Shown here piece after piece: positions 47,901 to 61,080 of a DNA stretch of 64,000 nucleotides. The position numbers were made by a program, and so were the translations under genes. The stretch spans positions 63,426,001 to 63,490,000 of the forward strand of contig OZ296650.1 of assembly GCA_965655095.1 (NCBI GenBank). The letters are read 5' to 3'. The DNA is from Haplodiscus bocki. Taxonomy: Eukaryota. Position 1 is the first letter of the stretch, and each line of letters begins with the position of its first letter. The notes under the pieces are model-generated. The model saw nothing but the letters and a program-made list of their open reading frames with translations, searched no databases and was not told the DNA's origin.

Positions 47901-48430
47901 AGAGGTAAGGTTATGAAAGCTTCAGAAAATTACCTTCAAAATCGATTGCAATATGTCAGCATTATTGATTAGTCATCGTTTGAAAAAAATATTGAATATG
48001 GTATCCCTCAAGGGTCACTATTAAGACTTCTTTTCTCCTCTTTTACATAAACGATTTTAGCACTACTTGCTCTCAAAGCAAAGTAGCAATGTTTACAGAT
48101 GACACTACGGTTATCAAAGCTAGAAAAAAAATGACTCCTTTGTCAACGAGGAAATAACAAAAATGACCAAGTGGTTTGATTCGAACAAATTGACTCTCCA
48201 CACTGACAAATGTGAAGCGATTGACTTCGGCTGAGGCCGACCCGAAAATATAGTAAAAAAGATCAAACACTAAATTACAAATCAACTTGCAATTGTCTTG
48301 GATTTCACATTGATCCACAACTATCATTCAAAAATCCAAAAAACGTGTTGAGGAAGACAATTCGACAAGTTTTGCGGGCTAATTTATCATGTGCGTCATT
48401 TAGAGCCAAGAAAGTGCGTACTTATGTGTT
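45000..48430 (+). pseudogene. Decayed CR1/L2-like LINE (ORF1 plus endonuclease-RT) in the host intron; boundaries approximate
   Basis: Remnants LIFGDFNI (about 46560), CIDH, GNYKPISLL (about 47615), DFSKAFDTINH, YGIPQGS and MFTDDT, with many disablements. Confidence 0.85.
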
Positions 48431-49658
48431 CAATCACCTGAGTCTAATCAATGATTTTTGCATTGTTGACAATAAGGATCTGTTTTGTTTATTTTACTAA
48501 AAAAATTTTTTTGCAAGGTACTTTGATGTGCTTTTAAAAATTTTTTGATGCTGATTAACGCTTGGCCTATCTACTTCCAGGGGCGCAGGCATGAAGAGCA
48601 ATTATGCTCATTTGGCGTTCTAATTGGGTATGATTGGTATTTTTCCGAAAAGAATGGTTATCTATCTATACCCAATTGAAACAACTATTTCTATTTCTAT
48701 TTCACGTCGCTCTCTGGCAGCGGCACATGATTTCTGTAACTGCAAATAAAACTAGTGAGGTCACGTTTATAACAATTACTCAAGCAAGGCGTAAGTGTCC
48801 GATGGCAGATATGTTCAATCTGGGGAAAAGTCAGCATCGTACCATAAAATTTTTTGATTTTGGGTTTGGTTTTAAAAACAAGACGGTCGGTTACCACCTT
48901 CTTATTTTGTGCCTTCCCAATTTGGTAAAGATGCAATTTGAGAAGATGGAAACGTTTTTTTATCGAAAACATAGTTTCTGATTTTTCCAATGTTCAAAAT
49001 TTTTTGATTTTTTGCCAACAAAACCTCATAATTACGGCGGAAAAGAAATTTTTAGGAAATAATATCATTTGATATGCATTCTACAGCAATTTTGCTACCA
49101 TTACCGATTTTGGAAAAATTCAACGTTTTTTCAGAAAAACCCATCTATTTTTGAAAAAAAAACCCCAAATTTTGAACGCTTTGAGAAATCTTACTATTTC
49201 AATCGCATTCTACGGCAAATTTTCTACAATTTGATAAAAAAATAATTTCACGTTCACTTAGACACGTCACGTGGACAACCGATGTTGGCTCGTTTACGCA
49301 AGCTCAATTGGCAAACATCGGCTAAAAAAATGCATCACTTTGAGAGGAAGATTTTGCTTCCATATTGTCAAAATGGCGCAAAATAATAATCATGTTTCTT
49401 GAAATAAGACTTATGTGAATAATGTTGCGTGATAAAGTCCCCCATTAGTCTTTGAAAACTTGTTCTGTAAAAACGTTTTTGTGAATATGGTATGTGTTAA
49501 ATTGGAATGGAAAAAGCATCATTTTTTCGTCAAGATATTAGATTGCACACGCCAAGAATGCTGCAGGGTAATCTTGCAGCATCTTTGTCGAAAGTGCAAG
49601 ATCTCAAATGCCGGGCAAGTTATGTAATAACACACTTTGAGTATTGGGAGCCACTAAC

Positions 49659-49862
49659 GGATATTGTCGGCGCAGAAGCAGAGATCTCCCTCTTGAAGAA
49701 CAGCAAAAGCCGTGTCCTGGTCTGAGCAAGTTTCTCGGCAGCTGTAAGTGTTCAGTTTGAAATGTCTGTAGTCACCTGCAGCCCTCGTTACTACTCTGTT
49801 GGTCTTATCAACCGAGTAGCACCCTTTGGACATGCCGAAGATAGGAGCATTGTAGTTGCGCT
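49659..49862 (-). CDS. Host gene exon 3: first half of the WSC domain
   Basis: TTTCAG acceptor, GTTAGT donor, phase 1-1; GCY..D...R...CRETC....FAVLQEGDLCFC is the WSC pattern. Confidence 0.85.
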
Positions 49863-50295
49863 CTGAAACATTTGACAAACAATTACCATGCTTTGCTCAT
49901 CTTGGCACAGATAAAATTTATGACAATTCCATAATTCCATCCCGATTTTTTCATTTTTGAACCAAAACCACATGTCAGTGCTTTAATGTTTTCGTGTCAG
50001 TTTCTTTGAATTTTTGCATCATATTCTGAACATGACTGTTTGCTGGCTGAAAGTTTTTTCCACAGGAAAATTTGAAAAAGTTCAGAAGTTTGAGTTTTAC
50101 AACGTCAGAGCTTTCATATTATGTCCAAGTAACGATTTTGTAACGAAGGTCTACTTATGAATCATGGAATTTCTACAGCTGTCCACGTATAGGACCAGTG
50201 TGTTCTTACTAAGTTGAATGTATGGACGCAGGGGATTCTTAACAAGATCTTGCTATGGGTTTTATCTTTGGCTGGGCTGGGGTACAAGGCTTCAC

Positions 50296-50346
50296 CGTAG
50301 TAAGTTATCCCTGGGGTAGCAAACCTGGGTTTGACCGAATTTCCAG
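50296..50346 (-). CDS. Host gene probable exon 2 (short linker)
   Basis: TTTAG acceptor and a phase-compatible GTGAAG donor; translation AGNSVKPRFATPGITYY. The donor position is uncertain. Confidence 0.4.
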
Positions 50347-50974
50347 CTAAATTATGTGTAGTAGGTTGTCAGTGAAGCTGTTGCCATATCTGGGTCATTT
50401 TATTTTCCCAGCGATTTCTGAGCGAAAAAACACTCTACTAATTAGGTAGAATTTCGAATCGAATAACAATGAAAAATTTTCGGCAAATTTTTCCTAGTAT
50501 TAAATTGTTGTTTATTATATTATTATATCCAAAACCAAAACAATTATATCCAAATCGATTTGTTTTGAAAATATTGACTCCCATTCAATTTTCGATACAT
50601 TTCGGTTATTATTTTGTCAATATTTTATGTAGATGGAGAAAAATCGTTCAATGGGTGCAAGGAATTATGTCAATGCTTCTCTCTTGGCTCAATTAAAACA
50701 GTCAATTTTTTTGCAAGGCTGACTGCTAAAAAGGTTTTATAGTTTCAACAAAATTGCTCGAAAATCGTCATAAGCCCGCCTGCCTCTATTGGAATTCTTA
50801 AAATTGGAAATGCCCAAAATTTTTGCGAAAAGTGGAAAAGTTTACTCGAAAAGGAACAGTCGCGGGGTAGAAAATCTTTTGACTTTTCGTCCCAAAATAT
50901 GTTGGGCTTGTTTTACTCTTGTTTAATCCTATAAACTTGATCCTTTTTGACAACGCTGTTCAAAATTGATGAAC

Positions 50975-51224
50975 CTTTGCATCCTTCAGCACTGCTGGGA
51001 TCTCCATAGAAGCCATCTTTACACAAGCAATTTTTCACTCCTTCATTACCAGCCGGACCAACGGCCACGCATTCTGTGCCAGCTGGACAGGAATTCGTGG
51101 GACAGACGTCTGCATCTTCGAGGCATTGAGGGGCTGGGGTGTTTGGTACGACGGAAGAACTTTGAACTATTCCCAAGTGAATCAGAACAGCTGTCAAGAA
51201 AACTACTGAAAACAAACATTCCAT
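50975..51224 (-). CDS. Host gene first coding exon: signal peptide plus EGF-like domain (secreted or surface EGF-WSC protein)
   Basis: Hydrophobic N-terminus; C....C.....C...CLCKDGFYGDP....C EGF pattern; phase-1 GT donor. Confidence 0.8.
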
Positions 51225-54200
51225 ATCTATGCCACAAAACCAAGTACAGTTGAGTAATAAAATTAGTTTGCTCAGCGCGAGCCTAATATCTGAGAAACTT
51301 CAATGATTAATGCAAAACTGTAAAATTTTAATCAAGTTTACAATAGTCTTCGCTTAAAATTCTTTCTATCAATACTTCAGCTATCAAAAAATTCCAGCTT
51401 TCGGCCAATATTGTCATTTTTGCGTTCTCTCCAATTTTTCAATTGGTTAGCAGACGCAATTTAGAGACAGAATGTACCCAACAGACGCCTTTAGATCTCC
51501 TAAAGTTTCTGGAGATCTATGCATCGATTTTTTTGCTCAGTCAAAATATTTTATCGTCACACTGAGGTTATCAGTTGAAATTAAAAAAACTCAATTACAT
51601 AGAATTTTTTTATTTTTCTGGCATACAACACTAAAATTCAGGCCGGTAAAATTGAAATACTGTCGACAGTATTTGATCTTAAAATGCTTTTGACAGAAAA
51701 TATGATTTTTTATTGTTAACAGAAACCAAAAAATGCAACTCCTGCTAGTAGTATGAATCATCGCTCAGCGACTTTTGAGATAGAACTAGATGGCGGTAAT
51801 GGGAACAATAGCACGCTGGAAAGTTCTTCTGAAAAGATCTATTGGATTGCTTTGAATTCCAAATTCTGAGTCAGAATATCTTTTGTCAACAGGTGCGCGA
51901 AGATAGAAAAACTACACCAAAAAACTTTGACAAAAAAAAACATTTCACTTTCACCAAAGCACGACTTTGAAAGACAAAACTAACCACCACTACCTCCAAT
52001 TTTTGAAGTTTCAGACAAACAACTCTCTAAAGTGAGCATGAAAACCAAGTCTACATTCACCTAACATCTTTCTTGAGGCAGTTTTGGTTGACAAACGTTG
52101 TGGTCGACAAACGTTGTGGTAGGAAAAGCACAGCCGGTGTATAGCACAAAAAGGATTTTCAAAAAAGACAAAGTAAACTATGATTTCAATTTTTGTCTTT
52201 TCAGCCCTTCAATGATCCGATGCACGAAATCCAACACAAAATAATGTCAAAAAATTCTTCTACAAAGAGAAAGTTGACTTTTGAGACAGTGATGAAGGAA
52301 ATTCATCCACTAGGTTTGGAAAAAACTTCAAAACTCAAAAAAACATTACTAATTGCGCTTTTGGTCTATTTGAACTCTCAAGAATCAATCGGCGCAAAAA
52401 GCAAAAGCGACATGAACAACACCAAAAAATGTTTCAAAATTTCAAAGTTATTTATTGAGGGAAAAGAAGTTCCATGCCAGTGGTTTCTGAAAAAAATTCA
52501 GTTTGAATGTCGGAAGAAAACTCATTTCTTAGTGCAATTTTAAGCCTAATTGGCTAATCAGGGCCTCAATGGAACAAACACTACCACTCGTTTGAAATTA
52601 GAGTCGAAGGAAGCCGTCGAATAGAACGTTGATTGAAGGAAGGACTCCAACGGGTAGTTTTGGAGGATGTTGAGATGGAATATCGCGAAAGTACAAAATG
52701 TGTTTTTTTTCTCGGATTTCTGGCCTATCAGAGCTCACAGCAACTCTGGCCGATTTTTTCGGCACAAGTAGAGCTTGAATGACAACATCAGTTTTAGCAA
52801 ATTGGAGGTTTGTGGTTTTTCTAGCCTATACGGTTTCCAGTGTTAGGTATAAAAATGCCAAAGTCATATGTTTAAAATAATATTTCATAAGCCGAAAGTT
52901 ATCGATTCAGAGCTTGTTGTATGAAGTACACACTTTCGTTCCACACAAGAAAAACTTTGAAACTCGGGAAAAAACCCCACTAAATGCACTTTTTGCGGCG
53001 TTGGTCTATAAATATACCAAGGCGTGGAACGCAACCGACAAAGATTCTGTTGAATATATTTCTACCGTTCAAAAATGTTCGGTAAAATTTTGCTGGAGTA
53101 AATGGAGTCCGTAGTTTTGTAGAAAAAAGAGGAAAGACCGGGAAAACCGAAAAGTCTGTGCAATTCCTACAATGTTGACGTCCATCGAATTTCCCTATCA
53201 AGGACCCAAACCCAAAACTTTTTTGAAGAACTCACCATGAGTAAAAAAACTTTATATTGACGACTTTTTGGAGCAAAAATTCATTTTTTTTGGCTTTGCA
53301 TAGAAGCGGATTCTAAAAAAGGAAAAATCAAAAGTATATATAATTTTTGGGTTTCCGCTGCAAAAAACGCAGCCCGAAATTCTAGGATTGCACCTCCTTT
53401 GAAAAATTTAAATATGTTGATCAGAACCCCAATGGAAGAAATCCAGCTGGTGATTTCGAGAAAAATCCACACTGTTTACATTCATAGTCAACTTCGGTCC
53501 ATCAAGTTTTTGATGCAGAGCACGCAATCTAAAAGTCTAAAAGTGGATATCGAAAAGTGTAGAATTGACGATTTTAATTTTGATAGAAGAAACCGAGCCA
53601 AAAATTTGGAGAAAAATAGGTTTGAAATTCGAGAGCAGTCAGCACTGTTCAACCTCATTGTCAAATTCGATCCATCTGGTTTCCAATGAAGGGAACGTAA
53701 CTTAAAATATCAATATTGAATGACTTTCATGAGTTGAAACTTGTGAATGTAGACGGTGCTGGGAGCAATTGAGCCAGTAGTTTTCACGAAAGAGAGGTAT
53801 AATACCAGGAAGGATCAAATTTACCTGCACTTTTTTCTAAATTTGGCTTTTCTAACTTCTAGTAGAAGGAATGAAAACTAATAAATTGGTCTGAATTATT
53901 TTTATGCAAAGAGAAATTTGTCGGTTCAGAACATGATGGAAATCCTACCAGCAGTAGTTTTGAGAAAAAAATGAAGATCGCGAATATCAAAACGATTGAT
54001 TTCTCGAGATATAGAAATGAGGTTACTACTAGACGTTCTGGGTAAGAATATCTCATTTGAGCTTTGTGTTGTTTTGAAGCCGGTATGAGCCGGAAGCGGA
54101 CGCTCGAACATTTTTTTTGAAGAAAAAGATTAGAATGAAATTTTGATTTCATAAATGTCTTCTATAATTTTTTGAAAACCGAAAATATTCGAACAGTCGA

Positions 54201-57200
54201 GTAAATATTTTATAAAAAAAATTTTAAAATTGAGTTTCTTCAGTTTTTTTGAAAAACAGACGCGTTTCGAGAAAGTAAAATCAATATTTTCAAAAAAAAC
54301 CATTTTTAATAGAAAAAGCCCAGTTGTGGTCCTATGGGTACATTTGAAAAGTGTACAAAGTTCTGAAATTACATAAAGACCAGCCAAAATATTCCATGCT
54401 GCCTAAAAACTTTCAATTCGAAAAAATGGATCAGAAAGCAGAGATAAAATTTTCTATTGTTAAAATTAAGTAATTCCGAGTAGACGTTGACATAAAACGT
54501 GAGATACAATTTTAAAAGGTGGCTGGTGGTTATCGAATCCGTACTTTCGTAGTGAATGAACCACTTGGAACATTAACATTAATTGTCATTAATCACTAAG
54601 CTACGGCAGCAAGTGAAAAAACGATTGAACTAGGCGAGAAGTTACTTGAGAATTTTCCGGTGAATTGGCAAACGGGCCATGAAAAGAAAGAAACGTCTGT
54701 TAACTGTATTGTAAGTTTTCCTTTCGTTTTATATTAAGACGAAAAATATGAGTTCGCAAAAGTTTTGGAACAAAGATTCACATCCCTGTTAGTGCAAAGA
54801 AGTTGTAGCAAACCAATTAGAAAAAAGTTTGTTGCAATCCGACTGCTATTCTTCATGAAATGATTTCTGGTTGAGGAGACAGCATCAGATTTTTTTGGAG
54901 AAGCTACGGAAAAGGTAAACCTATTAGCAAGCATTTGCAATAGTATGAACTCAAAGTCTTCAAAAAACTCATTCGAAAAAAATTGCAACTAAGCTTTCTG
55001 AGTTTAGAATTTCAAAAAATATTCTAATATTTTTATATATATAGCGGGGAAGTCTGTGAATCTCTTTTACTTAGCACATCTCCACCCAGTTAAAAGAGTA
55101 ATTAATTTTAGATGGTCACAGTTTTCGTAACAGTTTGCATGACAACTACTTTCGGAGGAAAACTATCCTGTTGTGTGCACTCAAGCATGTTTTTGAATGC
55201 AATGATATGATTTTCGACGAGCAAAATTCAAGATTTCTAAGAGTTTCTCAAGAGCAACATGTTTAAATCAGTTTGCCGTTGATTGATAACAAGAAAAGAC
55301 ACGCATCAGCCCCGTGATTTCTTTCCGTCAAAAGCCAGTAGAAATGACTAATAGAAGACTAAATTAATTTCGAGGACGAGAATTGTACTTTGACTGGAGC
55401 TTGATTTTGAAAAACAAAACTGACCAACACAAATTGCCGCTTAAGCCTCAGGCCATTTCAGAAGATAAAGTTTCCGAGACGAGTGACAAAACTGAACAAA
55501 TTTGGTTGATAAAAAACATGTTGGAAGCAACACAACTAACTTGCAGCTCTCCGAAAAAATAATGATATCGACTGGCGAGAAACAATCAATGCCAATTGCA
55601 TTTTTTTCTTTTGACCAAGAGGAATTAGTTGCAACGATAACAAGGAAGATTTTATTGTCTCATACTCTTCAAGAGACAGCCGTTGGCAAAAACTTTTTGA
55701 AAGAAAAGAATATCTAATAGTTCCAAAAAAAATTCATTGCAACACTGGGAAAAACACTAAAAGTTTTTTGGCCTTTTTGGGACTAAAGGCTTCCCAATGC
55801 AAATTTTAAAACCTGAGATATTTTGATGCAAAAATTTTCTAACAAAACAAACTTTCGACAGATATTTTAGAGAAGGAATACAAAAGGTAGTTTCTAAAAC
55901 AGAATTTTTTTTTAGAAATTCTATCTTATATTTAGAATTTTCCGGAAATTCTAAAACAAATATTGAGTTCTGAGCAAAATCAATTCTAAATGCACATTGG
56001 GAAATCGCAGACAATCAATCATTCAATGCAGAACATAACATTGACGGTATTACCACGTATTAGGTTTCTCAAGTAAAAAGTTGTCAAAAAAGACGCAGTG
56101 GGATTGTCGAGAAAGTCAATACAAATTGCAATTTGTCAATTTTAAAACCATTAGACTTAACGACAACAAACCAGAACGACCAACAGTGTCATTGAAGTCT
56201 AGCAACCGTGTAGAAACAGAAAACCTGAGGAAAACTGTAGAAATAGACGTTTAAGGAAAAGTCAAAGCTGTCATAAACGAAATTGACGTTAAGATAGAGG
56301 AAATTCATTTTTTTACACGATTTACACGATTTGGCTACCATTCACACTTTTTCAACTATCAGGTTTCCGATGCAATTTACAAAGCCAAAACTTGATAACA
56401 GTTCATCGCCCAACCTTTCTACAGATGAGAAAGTGTCGATTGAGACCTTCATAAAAGCCATCCAGCCGTTACTTTTCTAAAGAAAAAGTTTTTTTTTATA
56501 TCGAGAATAACTCTATGGTGATTCTTGCTTGGCATTCTCGAACTTGAAAACGGGATATTCCGGCATAAACATTTTACAACAAACTTTGTGATTTCAGGAG
56601 AGGAAAAAACAGGATGTGATGTTCGCAGGAGCATTTCTGGTAAAATACAATTTTTTAAATAGAATTTTAATTTTACTTCCAGAAAAAAATTTCATAGTTT
56701 GTTTTGGGTTTTCCTGAAGGATGTCTTTGAAATATTCTTCCAATACTGATATTTTTGTTTTTACAACTTCTTTTTTGAGGAAATTTTTCAACAAGATATC
56801 GTTGAAATTATTGCACTATTTTCAGCTTTTTGGTTACTCAATGTAAATTTAGATGTTGACAACCCGAATGACTCAGCAGCAGTTTCATAACAAAAATGAC
56901 AAACCTAAAAGCTTGGTTGCCAGCGAAGTGTTGAGCGAGGTACTTCCAACAGTTGCCATTGTGGAGAACTCAGCTGAAAAGAAGACAAGAAACTCAAAAT
57001 CAAGAAGTAATATATGGTCAACCACAATAAATTGAAAAAAAGTATTAAAATTAACAGTGCCTACTAACTATAAAATAACTATATTCATGCATAGTCTTTT
57101 CAACTATTCGGTTTCGATAAGATAAGTTGAATCATTTTGCTTGTTGCCGTATTTACAACAATTTTAGGATCTCTTAAAAAGTCTATTGAGAGCTGCTAGT

Positions 57201-58666
57201 TATTGAGCTAAACTTTCAAGAGATTTAAAATAGTAGCCAATGATAAATTTCCGATAGACCTGCGGTACAAAAAATGTGAAATTGATGATTTGTACATAAA
57301 TAAAATTTGTACTTCAAATTCGCTTTCAATTCTCAATAAAAGTAAAAGCGAGCTATACGGTCAAAAAATCAGAGTTTTTTTTAAATTATTACTTTTAATT
57401 TACTCCAAAATAACCAGGCATTCCTAATACAAAATTAGAATCTAAACGACTGTACTAACCTGCTTTCTGGTATTGCCAACCAATATTTATAAAAGTGAAG
57501 AAGATGAAACCATGGGTAATTTGAAACTGCAACTTTCAAGACGTATTTTCAGAAAAGAAGAAGCAGAGTTGTGGTTACCAATATGCCAAAACGCGTATCC
57601 CTCTGGTGGCACAAATGTGGGTTACTTAATAATTCACACGTCAAAAATCGTCCTATGGCAGGTGTTGTGCGTCTCGGCTGTGGGAAGAAAACGAAATTAT
57701 GGAAAAAAAATTAAAATTTCATCAACTGGAAAACTTCCCTTGCAAACACTGACAGGTGTTTTCCATGTACAGCTAAAGCTACAATCAGCTCTTTCTATCC
57801 TGTACTGAAGCAACACATATTCAAGTAAATTCGTTGAGTGCCTCTTATCATTTTGCGCATTTGTTCTCGTTCAACATCTGACAACATGAAAAATTCAGAA
57901 GTGTCCATGAAAATGGAAGCATTAAAGCTGAACAGATTTGAAAACCAGCTCGCTCAAATCGAACCAAATGAGAAAAAGCAGTTTAATGCTCACATGTTAG
58001 ATACCGTGAATCGCATCAAATAGCGGTCTTTATACATTTTTTTGATATTCTCCACCAGAATAACTCGATTAGTTTGAGTGAAAATGTCGATACTCGATTT
58101 CATCGGTTCACAACTGTCGCAGTATATCCGGGAAGCCTACGAGCATACAGAAAGAAAAGGACATCCCCAGATTGCCTGAAAATTACAAGAAACTGTATCA
58201 ATACTTTAGGTTTTTCCACTGCCATTCATATAATAATACTGCAGTAATATTTCATTGCTTTTACATGTAGTTGATACGTATCAAATACGTATCACTCCCC
58301 AGTACATTTTCATACAAATTCTACGTATTTTATACGTAGCACTCCCGTGTATTGAACCAGATTGGGACGCAACTTTTACGTAACGAACACGTACCTACCT
58401 AGCAGCTACTCTAAGCTAGGAATGAATATTTTGTTACGTACGCGTTACGTGGCTACCGATCTGGTGACGTCACAAAACTTTCAACCAATCTGCTGTGCTT
58501 TTGCGCTGTTTCACTTTGGACGGACACGGGACGTCTACGTAGCCACCAGAATCATTCTCCTCAGTAGTATTGCGGAAGGCAGTGCTACAGGCGGCTACGT
58601 AGTCGCCACGGAACGCTCCGGCCAAATTGAGGCTTGAGCTGGTAGAAACGTGGAACGTACTAGGGA

Positions 58667-59010
58667 AAAGCCTAGTTTTGTTCCCAACAGTGGATTTAAT
58701 GGATGCAGTATGTAACCATATGAAAACATGAACTTTTTTGAGCATTTACATGTATTTTATTTCATGTATTTCATTTATTCTTGATGTATTCTTTTTAATT
58801 TCTACTGATGGAAAACCTGTTTGATCTTTGGTATGTTAATATTAAAAGCCTAGTTTCGTTCCGAAAGTGGATTAAATCGATGCAATAGTATTACCAAGCA
58901 TGTAATTATGACTTTGCATGATTATTTTAGTGTATTTTACTTAATCTTGGTGCATTTTCCAATACTTTCCTCTTATGGAAAATCCTTTTGATCATTTGTT
59001 TATGTTATTA
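58667..59010 (+). repeat. Two diverged direct repeats of about 178 bp
   Basis: AAAGCCTAGTTT(T/C)GTTCC..AGTGGATT.AAT.GATGCA at about 58667 and about 58845, with similarity continuing to ...GGTATGTTA/TTTATGTTA. Confidence 0.7.
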
Positions 59011-59436
59011 TTTATTGTGTCGGCGCGGGAATAAGCACTTTGATATCCATTTCCGACTGATCAGACCCGTATATTTTCCGTCGAAAGATGGAAAAGACGC
59101 GGTCTGTAAAGGAAGAAATGGAGGGAAAGTTGTTTATTTCCCGCCAGAGTCGGCATATTTCCTTTGTAATTATTATAATTAAAGTACTTTTCCCTACTTT
59201 GTACCTTTACTTGGCGTGTAAACAATTTTGTTTCCCGCCAAGGAAAAGGTATAAATAGAAGAAATGAAATTACTAAAGGAGGAGATCCTTAATATCACTT
59301 TGATTATCAGTTGACTGTACTGATTGCGACTAGTTGTTTATTTTAAAGAATAACATTTTTGTTATAATGTCAAGTTTATTAACAAATACAAAATCATCCA
59401 GTCTTCATAACTGAGTAGCATTTTCCCTTCAAATAG

Positions 59437-61080
59437 ATGGCAACGTTGAGAAACAAACGAAAGTTGGCAGCCGTTACAAGAGAAACACAAGAGGAAAATC
59501 CTAGGAACGGCCAGTCACGAAGCACGTCCGTTCCTAGAATTAACGAGGAATTTATCACACAAGTTTCTAAGGAGATTGAAGGCAGAGTCAGTAAAAAACT
59601 GTCCCAGGAGTTCAGCAGGACAGAGTCCCGCATTTTTGGTGCTCTGACTAAATTAGACGAATTTCTCTCGAACCAACAGATACATACGCATTTCGAAACC
59701 GTTCCGGGAACATTCCGGAACACAAACGTGGAAAACCAGGGAACGAATGAGGATGACTCCCAGAGTGATCCTCATCCTGAAGCAGGCATCTTCCGTGGCC
59801 AGACTACACAAAAATTAGGCCCAAAAGATTGTCGTGACATGATGACAGGAGCTACAGGAGAAATTCGTCACTGTCGTGACGTGGTGACAGGTGCTACAGG
59901 AGAAATTCGTCACTGTCGTGACTTGGTGACAGGAGCTACAAGAGAAATTCACCACTGTCGTGACATGGTGACAGGAGTTACAGAAGAAATTCGTCATTGT
60001 CGTGACATGGTGACAGGAGCTTCAGAAGAGATGCGCAATGGCCTTGACATAGTGACAGCAGTTCAAGAAGAGATTCCCTACTGCTCCTCTGGAATTTCCC
60101 CAGGAAAACAAAAGAAAGCGCGCTCCACAAGTCAGCCATAATTTCGCAGTGAGAACACCCCTGTGACATTTGAAGCAGACCAGATTTTGTTGGCCCTTCA
60201 GCAATTGGCGACGAACAGTATTTCTGCCAATGTCAATAACACTAGTAACAGAATCTCTAAACTGCCTAAATCCCTCACGACAACAATGCCCACCTTCGAC
60301 GAGAAATCAGAGAAATTTGAACTGTTTGAAGATCAATTCCAAACGAGTTTAAAAATCCACAATCAGCTAACAGAAGAAGACAAAATATACTATTTCCACT
60401 CTCTCGTGCGTGGTGATGCGCTGCAGACGTTCAAAAACATCACCAGCCCCAACAGAGAGAGTTTGGGAGAAATCCTGACTGTGTTCCGTAGAAAATACGT
60501 GGAACTCCAGTCAATGGCTACGGCAAAACACAAATTTCAACAACTGGTGTTCAATCCAGCGAACCAGAAGTTAATTGATTTTTTGGACCAACTCCGGAAA
60601 TTGGCAAAGGATGCGTTCGGAGTTGATGCCCAAGCAATCATTGAGCAATTCATATACGCCAAGATGTCTCCACACCTGAAGAAATCAATAAACCAGGCCC
60701 ACTTGGAGAACGGCACGTATGAACAGATTTTGACACACCTTGAAAGGGAATTAGAGCTTAACAGTTTGGAATACCCTGATGAAACTCAGATGAACACTGT
60801 GACGCACGAACAACGAATTGAAGGCAACCCAGATAATGCTGGAAAAATCAACAGTGACAAAAACGACTCTAACCCCAACAACCACAAAATTGACAGAAAC
60901 TCTAGAACTCTCTACCCTCCCTGTGAGAGATGTGGCAAAACGAACCACTCCACAGAGAGGTGTTACGTTGGAGCCAATGCAGCAAACAGGCCACTTCCCT
61001 GGAAGAACAAACCTCAAGAACAGGACGCACACATCAGTATAATTGGTTGTGTCCAGGCTGCAGCCCAACATCTTAACTAG
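59437..61080 (+). pseudogene. Gag-like ORF with one in-frame stop (60139-60141)
   Basis: ORFs 59437 and 60163 share a frame; motifs PTFD..SEKF..FE and SLVRGDALQ; CCHC knuckle CERCGKTNHSTERC. Confidence 0.8.
59830..60070 (+). repeat. 42-bp in-frame tandem repeat (14 aa, about 5.5 copies)
   Basis: CRDMVTGATGEIRH-type units with GTCGTGAC at 59831, 59873, 59915, 59957 and 59999. Confidence 0.9.

Noticed and set aside
51300-58200. Many 60-116 aa ORFs in AT-rich sequence (also 3500-9900 and 37000-42500)
   Set aside because: Mostly non-ATG starts, K/F/N-biased composition and no motifs; probably old repeat debris and intergenic or intronic DNA.
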